Source: Octopus bimaculoides
Lineage: Eukaryota
Direction of reading: 5' to 3'
DNA: 64,000 bases
Assembly (NCBI RefSeq): GCF_001194135.2
Contig: NC_068983.1
Coordinates: forward strand, 157,593,674 to 157,657,673
How positions within the stretch are numbered: position 1 is the stretch's first letter; each line of letters begins with the position of its first letter. The translations under genes were made by a program, and so were the position numbers. A model generated the notes under the pieces. It was not told where the DNA came from. It made no database searches and saw only the letters and a program-made list of their open reading frames with translations. Shown piece by piece: positions 62,612 through 64,000 of this stretch.

Positions 62612-64000
62612 CTTTGTGAGTTTGTCCTCCATGACCATTTGACAACCAGTGTTGGTTTGTTTACATTCCTGTAACTTAGTGGTTCAGCAAAACAGTCTGA
62701 TAAAATAAGTACTGGGATCGATTGATTTGTATAACTAAACCCTTCAAGGCAGTGCTCCAGCATGGCTGTAGTCCAATGCCCGAAACAAATTAAAGGTAAA
62801 AAAATTTGTGCCTATTAAAACTTTTGAATTAAAAATTTTCCTGGTACATTTAGAGTTTTAATATGCAGAGGGCTCGAGTTTATGACGGTTACTATGGGAA
62901 TCCACCTCACATATCTTCAATATAGCCAACAGATTTTTTAAAATTATAAGCACAAGTTAAGTTGCAAAAGAGATTCCTGGTGTTGACACGAACAACTCAT
63001 AAAAAAAAAAAAAAAAAATCTCTCACTTTTCACAAAATTCAACACCTAAATATGGATTGGTATCGTCATTTCAATGCCTACTTTTCTATGCTTGCATAGG
63101 TCAGATGACACTTGTTGAGGCAGGTTTTCTATTGCTATGTCTTCTTTTTGTTGCCAAGCAAAGTAATATTTCCCGTTTCCATACAAAATAATAATTCCCC
63201 TCGTCCTTCAAAGAATGTACTCAGCAGTCAGCCATCTTTGCATGAAGACTGAAAACAAATGACACCATTTGTATGAATGGTGGCTTTATTCACAACCAGT
63301 GTGGAAATGTCTAGATGAGCACACACACACACAGATGATGAGTTTCTATCAACTAAATGACTCAAAAGGCACTGGTTGACCTTGAGATATAGTCGAATAT
63401 ACTTGGCCCAGAAGAAGCACAGTGAGTCTGTACCAGAAACTATGTGCTTGTGGAACAAATTTCCTAACAAACCTGCACTTATGAGTTTCTAAGCTGTTGG
63501 AGATGCAAAACTAAATGTTTTGCATCTACAACAGCTTAAAACTATTGTGCAGTTGTTTTATTATCAACATTTCTAACATCCCTTGAAGTAAAATACATTT
63601 CTTTGTCTTTTTAGTGGCCAATATATATATTTTACAAAACAAGCTCAACTGGTGATCTCTGAGTCAACTAATAATTTCTGTAAACATTATTTAATTTCAA
63701 TTCATAGTGCTACATAGTTAATATTTTACATCAGCTACTTGTTATAAATTAATCATATCTAAGCCTAGAGACTTAGATATATCAGGTCATCCCATAAGTT
63801 CTGTCCAAATTTTGAATAAAGAAAACAAGTAATCAAATGTTATATTTAATTGAAATTTAATCATCAATGGATTTTCCCTGATTATCTATGACTTCCTTCC
63901 ATATATTTACAAGCTTTTTAATCACATCAATGTAAAACTCTTTTGGTTTCAAAGTGAAGAACTCTGAAATGTCAGTTTCGACCTCCTCCTGGCTTGCGAA

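Overview
AT-rich, intron-rich animal genomic DNA with many N gaps. The repeat repertoire suggests an octopus (inference, not database-confirmed): (GAT)n-tailed RTE 3' ends, several tRNA-derived SINE families, and CA/TA microsatellites. I reconstructed three spliced genes by hand using GT-AG boundaries and phase matching. (1) The last five coding exons of a peroxisomal acyl-CoA oxidase (ACOX1-like, + strand, 1342-11678, ending in -AQL). (2) A 300-aa multi-pass membrane protein of an uncharacterised family with a TFSIWGxIY motif (+ strand, 27187-32331). (3) A complete 7-exon, 398-aa signal-peptide protein with a JmjC/cupin 2OG-Fe(II) oxygenase domain and a C-terminal EF-hand loop (- strand, 62157-36636). 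The rest is mostly transposon-derived: Helitrons (one full non-autonomous copy and a head-to-tail cluster), RTE and CR1/L2-type LINE remnants, a decayed Gypsy, a solo-LTR-like element, mariner, hAT and piggyBac-like MITEs, SINEs with target-site duplications (TSDs), and several long intronic inverted repeats. There is no CRISPR array, rRNA or true tRNA. I cannot show a novel multi-gene system. The best leads are the secretory-pathway JmjC/EF-hand protein, the uncharacterised membrane protein, the intronic fold-back structures and the Helitron array. Repeat coordinates are approximate where marked ~.
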